Source of the DNA: an uncultured Gemmatimonadales bacterium
Lineage (GTDB): Bacteria; Gemmatimonadota; Gemmatimonadetes; Gemmatimonadales; Gemmatimonadaceae
Assembly (NCBI GenBank): GCA_963701965.1
Contig: OY969695.1
Span: 3,744,001 to 3,808,000 of the forward strand
DNA: 64,000 nucleotides
Reading direction: 5' to 3'
Shown here: piece by piece, positions 10,412 to 19,518 of the stretch
Layout: every line of letters begins with the position of its first letter
How positions within the stretch are numbered: the stretch's first letter is position 1
The notes under the pieces: generated by a model
The model's input: only the letters and a program-made list of their open reading frames with translations
Database searches by the model: none
Told to the model about the DNA's origin: nothing
Program-made: the position numbers and the translations under genes

Positions 10412-11128
10412 TCAACGGGGCACGAACTGCCAGCGGCCGTTGACCGAGACGGAGATCGTGAGGGGCCCGGCCTCGATCGGCGTCGCCTCCGCGCTCGCCG
10501 TGGCCGAGACGCGCATCTGCGCCAACATCAACCGCCCGCCTTGGCCCGACGCCGACATCTCCAGCAACGGCCCCAGCGTCCCCCCCGCCGCCCGGGCTAT
10601 GGCCTCGGCGTCGCCCCGCGCCTGCAGGGTCGCCCGGTTGAGGGCGTCCCGCCGGGCGCTATCGGCGTTCGTGGACGTGAACTGCAGGCCGCCAATGCTG
10701 TTGGCGCCGCCCGCGAGCGCGGCGTCGATCAGTCGACCTGCCTCGTCGACTTTCTTGATCTCCACGCGCACGGTGTTGCGCGCCACATATCCGGTGACGT
10801 GGGGGCCATCCTGGCCTCCGGGCGCGGGCCGGGAGTAGATCGGCTGCACCGAGTACCCGAACGTGCCTATCTGCTCCTTGGCCAGCCCCATGGCGCGCAG
10901 GGTGTCGAGGGTCGTGCGCACGCGCCGGGCATTGTCGGCCGCCGCCGCGGCCGCGGTCGTCGCCCGCGTCTCGACCGACACCAGCAATGTGGCCCGATCG
11001 GCCGGGGCCTCGGCTTCCGCCTCGGCGTTCGTATTGATCTGGGGTGGGGGCGGCACCGGCGTCTGGCCGCGCAGGGCGGATGCCCCGCCCACTATGAGCC
11101 CCGCCGCGAGCACGTTGGAGACTCTCAT
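10412..11128 (-). CDS. SIMPL (DUF541) periplasmic protein
   Basis: Signal peptide, APADRA..VSVET, YSVQPIY, GYVARN, GANSIGGLQF, TPIEAG. Confidence 0.88.
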   Translation of the reverse strand: MRVSNVLAAGLIVGGASALRGQTPVPPPPQINTNAEAEAEAPADRATLLVSVETRATTAAAAAADNARRVRTTLDTLRAMGLAKEQIGTFGYSVQPIYSRPAPGGQDGPHVTGYVARNTVRVEIKKVDEAGRLIDAALAGGANSIGGLQFTSTNADSARRDALNRATLQARGDAEAIARAAGGTLGPLLEMSASGQGGRLMLAQMRVSATASAEATPIEAGPLTISVSVNGRWQFVPR

Positions 11129-11165
11129 ATGTCAAGATACAGGGACGGGCGCTAGTTTGGCGCCT

Positions 11166-12986
11166 ATGGCCGCGCCAGCGCGCACGCTCGAGCAGGTCCT
11201 CGACGTCGAGACGCCGGAACAGATCGTCTTTTCGTTCGAGATCGCCGGCGTCGGCTCGCGCGCGGCCGCGGCACTCATCGATTCGACCTTGCTCTTCATC
11301 GCGATCATTGTGGTCGGGACGATCACGGCGACCCTCGGCCAGAGCGTCGTGCGCGGCGTCAATGCCGGGAGTTGGAGCGGTCCGCTCTTGGTCGCCGCGC
11401 TCATCTTCGCGCTCTTCGCCCTGCTGTGGGGCTACTACGTCCTGTTCGAAGCGTTCTGGGACGGACAGACGCCCGGAAAGCGGATCGTCGGGCTCCGGGT
11501 CGTCCGCGATGGAGGGTATGGCATCACGTTCGGCGCGTCCGCGATCCGCAATATCATGCGGATCGTCGATGCGCAGCCGGTCCCGTCGTACTTCGTGGCG
11601 ATCGTGAGCGTGATCGTGTCCAAGTCCGGCAAGCGCTTGGGCGACTACGCCGCGGGCACGATCGTGGTGCGCGAGCGCGCCCAACCGGAGAACGCCGTGC
11701 CCGTCGCCCGGACGGCGGTGGAACCGGCGGGCGCGCCCACCGCGGTGTTGACCGACGCTGAATTCGAGCTCCTCGACCGGTACATGCAGCGCCGCGCCAC
11801 GCTCGACCCGATGCACGCGGCCAAGTTCGGCGCCGAGCTGGCGGCGCGCTTTCGCAAATGGATGCCGGCGCACACCGCCCAAGATGGCACCTTCCTCTCC
11901 GCGTTGTACGACGCGGAACGCGGCGCCCGCCAACGCGGCGCCGCGTCGCGGAGCGACACCGGCGCGGCGCGCGAGCAACACGCGCTCGTCGCGCAGGGCA
12001 CCACCCGCTGGCGCGCCTTCGCCGCGCGGCTGGCCGGCGCGCGCCGGGGGGGACTGGGCGGCATGACCGAGGAGCAAGTCTCGGCGTTCGTCGCCGACTA
12101 CCGGGCGCTGACCACCGACTTGGCACGCCTCACCACGGCCAGTCGCGGACGGGACAACCCGACGCTCTGGTATCTCAACCGCCTCGTGGCCGCGGGACAC
12201 GCGATGCTGTATCGCGAGCGTCCCATCGCGCCCCGTTCCATCTGGCGGTTCATGACGAGAACGGTGCCCGCGGAGGTGCGCCGGTCGGCCATGCCGATCG
12301 GACTCGCGGCCGCGCTCTTCTTCGTCCCTGCCGCGGTGGCCTACATCGCGGTCGTGCGCGAGCCGGCGGTTGCTCCGCGCTTCATTCCGCCCACCATGAT
12401 CGATCGGGCCGAGCAGGGCGTCGCGCGGGCGCGGGAAGGGACCGGGTACATCCGTGACGACCCCTTCGTGCGTCCCCTCATGTCCAGCGTGATCATCACC
12501 AACAACGTGCAGGTCACGTTCGCCGCGTTCGCCGGCGGCATCACGTTGGGGGTGGGCACCGTGTATGCGCTGGTGCAGAACGGCGTGATGTTGGGCGGGA
12601 TCTTCGGCCTCTACCAATCCAAGGGCATTTTGCCGCTCATCGTCGCCTTCGTCGCGCCCCATGGCGTGCTCGAGCTGAGCGCGATCTGTATCGCCGGCGG
12701 CGCCGGGTTTCTGATCGCGGGCGCCATTCTCATTCCCGGCGCGCGCACGCGGCGGGAGGCCCTCGTGGCCAACGGACAGCGGGCCGCGCGACTCATCGCG
12801 GCATGCACGTTGCTTCTACTAGTAGCCGGCAGCCTCGAAGGGCTGATATCCCCGATTCCGTGGTGGTCTCTCGCGCAGAAACTGACGGTGTCGGGGCTGA
12901 CCGCCCTCATGCTCGTCATCTACATCAACCTCCGCGACCCGTCTCATGAGACCACTGCTGCTGCTCGCGGTCCTGCTCCTGGGTGA
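11166..12986 (+). CDS. RDD domain - SpoIIM (DUF95) fusion membrane protein
   Basis: VETPEQ..AGVGSRAAAALID, GQTPGKR, KRLGDYAAGT (RDD); YRALTTDLA..YLNRLV, IITNNVQV, PHGVLEL, LEGLIS (SpoIIM). Confidence 0.88.
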   Translation: MAAPARTLEQVLDVETPEQIVFSFEIAGVGSRAAAALIDSTLLFIAIIVVGTITATLGQSVVRGVNAGSWSGPLLVAALIFALFALLWGYYVLFEAFWDGQTPGKRIVGLRVVRDGGYGITFGASAIRNIMRIVDAQPVPSYFVAIVSVIVSKSGKRLGDYAAGTIVVRERAQPENAVPVARTAVEPAGAPTAVLTDAEFELLDRYMQRRATLDPMHAAKFGAELAARFRKWMPAHTAQDGTFLSALYDAERGARQRGAASRSDTGAAREQHALVAQGTTRWRAFAARLAGARRGGLGGMTEEQVSAFVADYRALTTDLARLTTASRGRDNPTLWYLNRLVAAGHAMLYRERPIAPRSIWRFMTRTVPAEVRRSAMPIGLAAALFFVPAAVAYIAVVREPAVAPRFIPPTMIDRAEQGVARAREGTGYIRDDPFVRPLMSSVIITNNVQVTFAAFAGGITLGVGTVYALVQNGVMLGGIFGLYQSKGILPLIVAFVAPHGVLELSAICIAGGAGFLIAGAILIPGARTRREALVANGQRAARLIAACTLLLLVAGSLEGLISPIPWWSLAQKLTVSGLTALMLVIYINLRDPSHETTAAARGPAPG

Positions 12987-13437
12987 CGTCCACGCCGACG
13001 TGGAGAAGGCGATCGCCACGTTCCGCAGGACGGATCCGTCGATGATCACGTTCTTCGAGCATTCCGTCGCGTACGCCGTCTTTCCGACTATCACCAAGGG
13101 CGCGCTGGGCGTCGGGGCCGCGCACGGCGCTGGCGAGCTTCTGCAGGGCGGCAATGTCCTGGGCACGACGGGGATGACCCAGGTCACGGTCGGCGCCCAG
13201 CTCGGCGGCCAGCAATACGCGGAGATCATTTTCTTCGAGACAGAGGACGCGCTCAAGACGTTCAAGAGCGGCAACTTCGCGATGAGCGCCCAGGCGAGTG
13301 CCGTCGCCGCCGCGTCGGGTGCATCGGCGAACGCGAAGTATGAGAGCGGGGTGGCGGTCTTCACCGTTGCCAAAGGCGGATTGATGTACGAGGCGAGCAT
13401 CGGCGGCCAGAAGTTCAGTTACAAGCCGGCGTCCTAG
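12946..13437 (+). CDS. YSC84/SYLF lipid-binding domain protein
   Basis: AVFPTITKGALGVG, GAQLGGQ, KGGLMYEASIGGQKFSY. Confidence 0.85.
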   Translation: MRPLLLLAVLLLGDVHADVEKAIATFRRTDPSMITFFEHSVAYAVFPTITKGALGVGAAHGAGELLQGGNVLGTTGMTQVTVGAQLGGQQYAEIIFFETEDALKTFKSGNFAMSAQASAVAAASGASANAKYESGVAVFTVAKGGLMYEASIGGQKFSYKPAS

Positions 13438-13541
13438 CCGCGCCGCTGGGGGCTTCAAGGGGCCGGGCGTCGGCCCCGCGGCACCGGTTGTTCGCCCCAA
13501 CGCCATGTCCGCCGTGTGTTCCGGGTCGCAGCTTCCCGCCC

Positions 13542-13922
13542 ATGCGGTGGCTCGCCGGTGCGGGAACCCTATTGATGGGGGCGCTCAGTTGTGGCCGTCC
13601 CCGAACGGCCTCCAACGAATGGACCAGCGGCGCCGACCTTGCGTTGCCGCTGGCGCAGTTCGATGGCGTCATCGACCGCAAGGGCAACAGCCTGTCCGGC
13701 AACGTGGTCGACCGTCTGAGCCCCGACAGCCCCAAGCTCCCCGTCAGCGGATCGATCTCCGGACGGGACGTGGAACTCCGGTTCGGCTCGGGCGCGAGCG
13801 GATTCGTCTTCACCGGAGTCGTGGATGACGCGCCCAATGCCGCCACCGGCGGGATCGGGGTGACCGGTGTGCTGATCGGCTCCGACATGGGTCCGGTACA
13901 AGAACACTTGACCCTTCGCTAG
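13542..13922 (+). CDS. Hypothetical small lipoprotein
   Basis: MRWLAGAGTLLMGALSC lipobox-like N-terminus; beta-rich body. Confidence 0.5.
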   Translation: MRWLAGAGTLLMGALSCGRPRTASNEWTSGADLALPLAQFDGVIDRKGNSLSGNVVDRLSPDSPKLPVSGSISGRDVELRFGSGASGFVFTGVVDDAPNAATGGIGVTGVLIGSDMGPVQEHLTLR

Positions 13923-13954
13923 TATTGGAAGGGTCTCTTCATCGGGGTGGTCGC

Positions 13955-14317
13955 ATGGTGACGTCCCCAAACCTTCCCGTCCTTCCGCCGCCCGGCGACC
14001 CCACGCTCGCCGCTTTGATCACGCGGGCGGCCGATCGGGCGTGTCGCCGGACACTCATCATCTGCGCGGTCCTGGGCGGGGCCGCGGCGCTCGCGCCATG
14101 GGTCTTGCACGCGGCGCGTCTCATCCCGACCGCCGTCGGTCTCTGCGTCGCGGCGTTTGGCGTGCGGGGCCTCGCGTCCCACGCGCTGGCGGTGGATCCG
14201 CGCGCCGTTGGCCTCCGGCTTCTGGCCAAGGCGAGCGTGGCCGTGGGGATCGTCTCGGGCGTCGTCGGGGCGTTCTGGATCTTCTTCCGGTTGATGGGCA
14301 GCTCCTTCTGGAACTAG
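13955..14317 (+). CDS. Hypothetical membrane protein
   Basis: Three hydrophobic segments; GGGGTGG upstream of ATG 13955. Confidence 0.5.
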   Translation: MVTSPNLPVLPPPGDPTLAALITRAADRACRRTLIICAVLGGAAALAPWVLHAARLIPTAVGLCVAAFGVRGLASHALAVDPRAVGLRLLAKASVAVGIVSGVVGAFWIFFRLMGSSFWN

Positions 14318-15775
14318 CGCTCGGCTAGCGGGCGAAAGACGGCGACGGCATCGACGAAGGGCAGCTCGCTGTCCGTCCACGGACGGCGGCCATTGCGTCC
14401 GCGGTTGATTTCGACGAAGCCGGTGGCCGGTGGTCCGCCATACGAGCGGACCCAGGCTGCCGCCAGCCCCGCCTCGTTCACGGCCAATGGTACGACGCCG
14501 TCGGCGGGGACCGACCACGCCGCCTCCCACCATCCCGCGAGACCCCAGCGCTCGCCTTCCGCGGTGACGCGCGCCGTGTAGAGATCCCAATTGGCGCGAC
14601 CCAGGTCGAGCCCCAGGACGCGGGAGGCCGCCCCCCGATCGATCGCCAGGAGCGACCGGTTGCCGGCGGAGTCCGCGGGCCAGATGAGCGGCGGCGCGCC
14701 CATGCAGACGATCTTGCCGCCGCCGGCCAGGTAGGCGTGCAGGAGCGCCGAATCCGCCGCGGGCGGGTCGACGCCGAGGACGACGACGCCGCGGCCGGCG
14801 CGCAGAAACAACGCGAGGCCCGCGGTATCGAGCACCCGATACCCGCGGTCCGCGAAGAACTGCCGGGCGGCCGCCGGCGCGGGCAATGTGGCGGTGCGGG
14901 CCAGACTGCTGTCCCAAAACACGGCGCGCGCCAGATCGATGGAATCGCCGCGCAGCGCGTACGCCGACCCGTCGTTGCTGCCGACGTAGAGCATGCCGTG
15001 CGCGACGACGGGCGACGACAACACGAATCCTCCGGTGGTGAAGCGCCACCGTTCGGCGCCCGTCCGCCGGTCAATGGCGTGCAGCGCGCCCGTGCCCTCG
15101 CCGACGTAGACCAAGCCACCAGCAACGGTGGGGGAGCCCCAGACAATGGACGCGGTGGAGAATCTCCACCGCTCGTGTTCCGTAGTCAGGTCGAGGGCAT
15201 CGACGTAGGCGGCATCGGATGTCCCCGTGTAGACGACGCCGTCGGCCACGGCCGCCGAGCTGTTCACCCAGGAGATCGCGTAGTCGCGCTTCCATCGTAG
15301 AGGAATCCATCGCGCGCGCCGACAATGACGGTGCCATTGGCGACCGCGGGCGATCTGGATCGTCTTCCGGTCGTACCCGAAGTGGGCGGACTCCAGCGAC
15401 CGACCTTCGGTATCGTATCGCCACCGGAGGCGGCCGGTGGCGAGATCGACGGCGTAGATGCTGCCGTCCTGGCTGCCGGCGAACACGACACCGCCGGCAA
15501 TGGCGGGCGAGGATCGTACCCGGCCGCCGGTCTGATACCGCCAGTATTGCCGACCGGTGCCGATGGCCACCGCGTAGAGCGCGCCATCGCCGGACCCGAA
15601 GACGACGGTGTCACCGTCGACAGCAGGTGACGACGTCAGGTACTCGCCGCTTTCCTGGCCCCAGGCCAGCGGCGCATCGGGTCCTGTTCGCATCCGCCAG
15701 ACGAGAATGGCCGGTCGCGGTGTCGACGGCGAAGAATGTCCCCGTGCGGCTGCCGATAATGACGCGTCGCCGGCT
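14314..15775 (-). pseudogene. PQQ-like beta-propeller (BamB-type) protein, degraded
   Basis: Repeats SSPAV..VFGSGDGALYAV..TG..W spread over more than one frame (breaks near 15706, 15354 and 15295, the last with a deletion); N-terminus missing. Confidence 0.75.
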
Positions 15776-15902
15776 TTCGCGTTCGGTGTGCCGGTGACCC
15801 GGATCACACGGGGCGTGAAGCGCGCCCTTCGTGAGAGGGTGTTCAGCTGTGTCACGTTTCGAGCCTGTTGTTTTGGAGCGGCGCGACGTAATTTCGAGCG
15901 CC

Positions 15903-17363
15903 GTGGATCACCCTTCGCCGAGTCTCTATCTTTGCTCCGGGCCGGAGCGCCACACGTGGTTGTCCGCGGAGGACGCCGCGCGCTGCTGTAACGGGTTCGA
16001 GCGCGTCCGGTCGTTTGAGACCAATCCTGACGGCACGTTCCGGCTCGTGTGTAGTTGGGAGCGGACCAAACCCATGGAGCAGGGGCAGCGGCTCGAGGCG
16101 GTGATCGACACGCCGGCATCGGTCGATCCGAACGTGCCGGTGCGGCATCTGGCGTTCTTTCGCGCGGCGGCGGCCGAGACGGAAGGGTCGGCCGAGTATT
16201 GGACGCTGCTCGCCGGGCTTTTGGTGATGCGCCTGCTCGACAAGTGGCAGGCGCACACGTTCAACGATCGCGAGCTCAAGTTCCGCGAGTTTCTTGCCGT
16301 CAAGCGCGCGGTGGAGGAGGTCGGGGACGGCGCGTTGCGCAACATCCTGCTCGATCTCATCAGCACCATCGGCGTGTTCGCCGACGGCCCCGCCGAATCC
16401 CGCGCGCCCAAGCTCGTCGCCTACGCGCAGTTGCTCGAGCATGATGCCAAGTGGGATACCGCGTCCGATGTGTATCTGACCGCGATCGAGTTCATCCTCC
16501 AACGCGACCGCGATCGCGATCAGTTGCCGTTCTGCTATCAGCGGGCCGGCGTGTGCATGCGCGAGTTGGGATTTCTCGACAGGGCCGCCGAGCTGTTCAC
16601 GCAGGGCCTCGATGTCGCCGAGTCGAACGGCGATGCCGCAATGGTATTTCAGTTCCGGGTTTCCCACGCAAAGCTGGAATTTCGAAAGGGCGCGCTGCCG
16701 TCGGTCGAAACGATGCTCGATGCGCTCATCGCCGAGGCGGAGCAGACGGGTGCATCGGATTTGGTGGCGGCCGCCCAACACGATCGCGCGCAGGTCGCCA
16801 ACGCGCGAAACCAGCATGAGCGCGCGGCGGAGTTATTCCACGCGGCGATGAAGAACTATACGGATGACGGCGAGAAGCGGCGCGCGATGCATGATCTAGC
16901 GACTGCGCTGGCCGATTTGGGTCACCTGCAGTATGCGCGCACGGTGTTCTCCGCGATCCGGAACTCGCCAGCCGAGTCGACAGTGTGGCGTTGGATGGCA
17001 TCCACGAATCTCATGCGCCTTTACGTGCTGGCCGGCGACGAGGCAGGATTCGACGCACTGCGGCGTGAACTGGGGGCGGCGGGTCTGTCCGGTCGCGTGC
17101 TTGCGCACTATCACATGTTCGCCGGACAAGGCCACAAGACGTTCGGGGACAACGCGAAAGCCAGGAAGGAATTTGCGTCGGCGGTCGAGGTCGCGGGCAA
17201 GCACCACGTTCATCAGATTGTGATCGAGGCCGAGGCAATGCTGCAGGCCACCCCAGAGGAGCGGGCACCGACGTGGAAAGCGAACGTTCCGAGTACTGGA
17301 CTTTCCGTCATTCTCGAGGAGATCCGGGAACGTCGGGCGGAGTTCGCAGGGGCGACCGAATGA
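15903..17363 (+). CDS. Cytoplasmic TPR-repeat protein, candidate peptide receptor (alternative start ATG 16074)
   Basis: TPR-like helices (YQRAGVCMRELGFLDRAAELFTQGL; QHDRAQVANARNQHERAAELF; MHDLATALADLGHLQYA; MFAGQGHKTFGDNAKARKEF); no signal peptide; TAATTT 8 nt before GTG 15903. Confidence 0.8.
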   Translation: MDHPSPSLYLCSGPERHTWLSAEDAARCCNGFERVRSFETNPDGTFRLVCSWERTKPMEQGQRLEAVIDTPASVDPNVPVRHLAFFRAAAAETEGSAEYWTLLAGLLVMRLLDKWQAHTFNDRELKFREFLAVKRAVEEVGDGALRNILLDLISTIGVFADGPAESRAPKLVAYAQLLEHDAKWDTASDVYLTAIEFILQRDRDRDQLPFCYQRAGVCMRELGFLDRAAELFTQGLDVAESNGDAAMVFQFRVSHAKLEFRKGALPSVETMLDALIAEAEQTGASDLVAAAQHDRAQVANARNQHERAAELFHAAMKNYTDDGEKRRAMHDLATALADLGHLQYARTVFSAIRNSPAESTVWRWMASTNLMRLYVLAGDEAGFDALRRELGAAGLSGRVLAHYHMFAGQGHKTFGDNAKARKEFASAVEVAGKHHVHQIVIEAEAMLQATPEERAPTWKANVPSTGLSVILEEIRERRAEFAGATE

Positions 17364-17376
17364 CGATCGCCCCCGC
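17346..17376. terminator. Imperfect hairpin between the convergent TPR and peptide genes
   Basis: GC-A-GGGGCGA-C-CG (AATGA) CG-A-TCGCCCC-C-GC; no U-tract. Confidence 0.35.
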
Positions 17377-17388
17377 GCACGATGCCTC

Positions 17389-17511
17389 TTAGCAGTTATT
17401 CGATCCGCCGGTCACACCGCCGCCGCAGGCATGCGTCGGAGCTGAGGGTGAAGCGCAAGCGGCAAGGGTGATGGCGCTGGCGACGATGATGATGCGGGCG
17501 ATGAACGACAT
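17389..17511 (-). CDS. 40-aa secreted lipo-propeptide MSFIARIIIVASAITLAACASPSAPTHACGGGVTGGSNNC (absent from ORF track)
   Basis: ATG 17511 with GGAGG 5 nt upstream, TAA 17389-91, signal peptide with LAAC lipobox, C-terminal C-x10-C. Confidence 0.8.
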   Translation of the reverse strand: MSFIARIIIVASAITLAACASPSAPTHACGGGVTGGSNNC

Positions 17512-17537
17512 TGGTGCCTCCAGAGGGTGTGTGTGAC

Positions 17538-17596
17538 TCCGCGATTTCGCGGACCCCTACTGTAGGCACTCGCCCCTATACCGCTATGCCCCTAGG
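17538..17596 (-). promoter_or_regulatory. Putative promoter/operator region of the peptide gene
   Basis: Three CCCCTA copies (17554, 17573, 17589); palindromes CCTACTGTAGG and TCCGCGA-TT-TCGCGGA; -10-like TACAGT on minus strand. Confidence 0.45.
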
Positions 17597-17639
17597 ACCT
17601 CGCTACCTGCCCGTACGTGCACGGCGGGCGGCGGCACCG

Positions 17640-18704
17640 CTACTCGGTGCCGAGGTCGACCACGACACCCATGTACTCGGATTCCCCGAGCGCATTAACC
17701 GTCGCGCGCCCGACGACGTGTGTGTACACGGTGGACCCATCGGCCAACAAAAGCCTGACATCCATGGCGTAGTCGTTCCGACTACGGATGGCTGAGTCGA
17801 CCATCCGCTCCACGGCGTCGACGTCCTCGGGATGCACACACCGCCGGAGCGCCGCGACGCCAGGCTCGGGTTCCTCGGCGCTCAGCCCGAGGATGCGGAG
17901 CGCCTCCCGCGAGAAGAACACCTTTCGCCCCGGCACATTCCACCCCCAACTGCCGGTACGGGTCAACCGCTGCCCCTCGGCGAGAAACGCCTCGCTCCGC
18001 TTGAGCGCCTCCTCGGCGCGTTTTTTATCGGTGACGTCGTCCACGACGACGATGCCGAACATGGGTGCCCCCCGCTCGTGCCGGACCAGCGACACCGTGA
18101 GGCTGCCCCACACCAACCGGCCGTTTTTCGCGAAGCACTGTTTGTCGAGCGAGTACGACTCCCGTTTCCCGTTCACCAGCTCCGTAAACAGGTTCCAGTC
18201 CGCCTCGGCGCGCTCATGGTGCATGATGCGCGAAAACGAAAAGCCCCGAAACTCCCGTTCGTCGTAGCCAAACATCGTCTGGAGCTTGCGGTTGACCTTG
18301 AACGCATGTCCCGCCGGGTTGACGAGGGCGATCCCCACAGCCGCTTCGTCGAACAACGCGTGGAGCTGCCGCTCGCTGTCCCGGAGCGCGCGTTCCACCG
18401 TGACCCGCCGGGCGTCGCTCGCCCAGCTGACCGCCAGCGCGCAGGCCAGAAACACCCCGACCCGCGGCAGCCCGCTCGTCGCGATCGTCAGCGACCGTTC
18501 CGGGGAGACGAAGAAGTAGTCGACCGCGATGGTCGCCAGGCCGGCCGCCAGCAACCCCGCGCGCCACCCGCCGCTCCACGTCGCGATGGCGACCGCCGCC
18601 AGGAACAGGATCGTCGGATCAATGGCGTTGCGGAGCGGAAGCGCCAGACCCAGCGCCGCCGCGATCCACGCGATCGCCAACGCGTATCGACCTACGACCG
18701 CCAT
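17640..18704 (-). CDS. DUF4118 membrane sensor + two PAS domains with no output domain (probably truncated kinase)
   Basis: N-terminal 4-TM DUF4118 pattern (FLAAVAIATWSGGWRAG..DYFF), PAS ending DVTDKKRAEE, PAS_3 VHPED, then stop. Confidence 0.8.
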   Translation of the reverse strand: MAVVGRYALAIAWIAAALGLALPLRNAIDPTILFLAAVAIATWSGGWRAGLLAAGLATIAVDYFFVSPERSLTIATSGLPRVGVFLACALAVSWASDARRVTVERALRDSERQLHALFDEAAVGIALVNPAGHAFKVNRKLQTMFGYDEREFRGFSFSRIMHHERAEADWNLFTELVNGKRESYSLDKQCFAKNGRLVWGSLTVSLVRHERGAPMFGIVVVDDVTDKKRAEEALKRSEAFLAEGQRLTRTGSWGWNVPGRKVFFSREALRILGLSAEEPEPGVAALRRCVHPEDVDAVERMVDSAIRSRNDYAMDVRLLLADGSTVYTHVVGRATVNALGESEYMGVVVDLGTE

Positions 18705-18794
18705 GACCCCAGGGTAGCGCCCCGGGTCGTATCTGGCGACCTCGGCGGTAATTCTGCCCTTGTATGACCTCTGTGGCGAGTGTACATCGCGCCA

Positions 18795-19481
18795 ATGATC
18801 TACGCCGGAACGTCGGGATGGGCCTATCCCGCCTGGAAGCCGGATTTTTATCCGGCGAAGCTCGCCGCCGCCAAATTCCTCGGCTACTACGCGAGCCGCC
18901 TCAACTCCGTCGAGCTCAATTACACCTTTCGGCGATTCCCGACCGAGAAGTTACAGGCCGGTTGGATCGCGGCGACGCCCCCCGAGTTCCGGTTCGCCGT
19001 CAAGGCGCACCAGTCGATCACGCACGTCAAACGCCTGCGCGATGCGCAGGAGTCCACCGCGCGGTTCCTGGGCGCGCTGGCGCCATTCCGCGCCGCCGGC
19101 CGGCTCGGACCCGTGTTGTTCCAGCTGCCGCCGCACCTCCCGTGCGACGTCCCCCTGCTCGGAGATTTTCTCGCCGCACTCCCACGGGGCGAGCGCGTGG
19201 CGTTCGAGTTCCGCCACGATTCGTGGTTCACCGACGAGGTCTACGATCTCCTGCGGGCATCCAATGCCGCGCTCTGTCTGGCCGACACCGAGACGATCGA
19301 GACGCCCGACATTCATACGGCCGATTACGCCTATCTGAGGCTGCGGAAGCCCTCGTACGACCTCGACGCGCTGGCGCCGTGGGTCGCATCACTCGCCAGA
19401 GGTGGCGACGTCTTCCTGTATTTCAAGCACGAGGAGACGCCGGAAGGGGCGTATTGCGCGGAGCGCTTGCTCCAATCGTAG
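18795..19481 (+). CDS. DUF72 (YecE) family protein
   Basis: GTSGWAY..W..FYP, VELNYTF, FAVKA, LFQLPP, EFRHDSW, YLRLR. Confidence 0.9.
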   Translation: MIYAGTSGWAYPAWKPDFYPAKLAAAKFLGYYASRLNSVELNYTFRRFPTEKLQAGWIAATPPEFRFAVKAHQSITHVKRLRDAQESTARFLGALAPFRAAGRLGPVLFQLPPHLPCDVPLLGDFLAALPRGERVAFEFRHDSWFTDEVYDLLRASNAALCLADTETIETPDIHTADYAYLRLRKPSYDLDALAPWVASLARGGDVFLYFKHEETPEGAYCAERLLQS

Positions 19482-19518
19482 GAAGCGGTACGCTCGTTGC
19501 GTTGGGATAGCTGTACCC

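Noticed and set aside
15764..15780. 17-nt match (GCGAAAGCCGGCGACGC, minus strand) to the c-di-GMP riboswitch core
   Set aside because: The flanking GGCAAAC and AAAGC elements are absent, it overlaps the PQQ remnant, and a chance match is plausible in GC-rich DNA.
17389..17511. The 40-aa peptide as a RiPP precursor or entericidin-like toxin
   Set aside because: No modifying enzyme, dedicated peptidase or exporter is adjacent, and the mature part is Gly/Pro-rich rather than an amphipathic helix; not excluded if enzymes act in trans.
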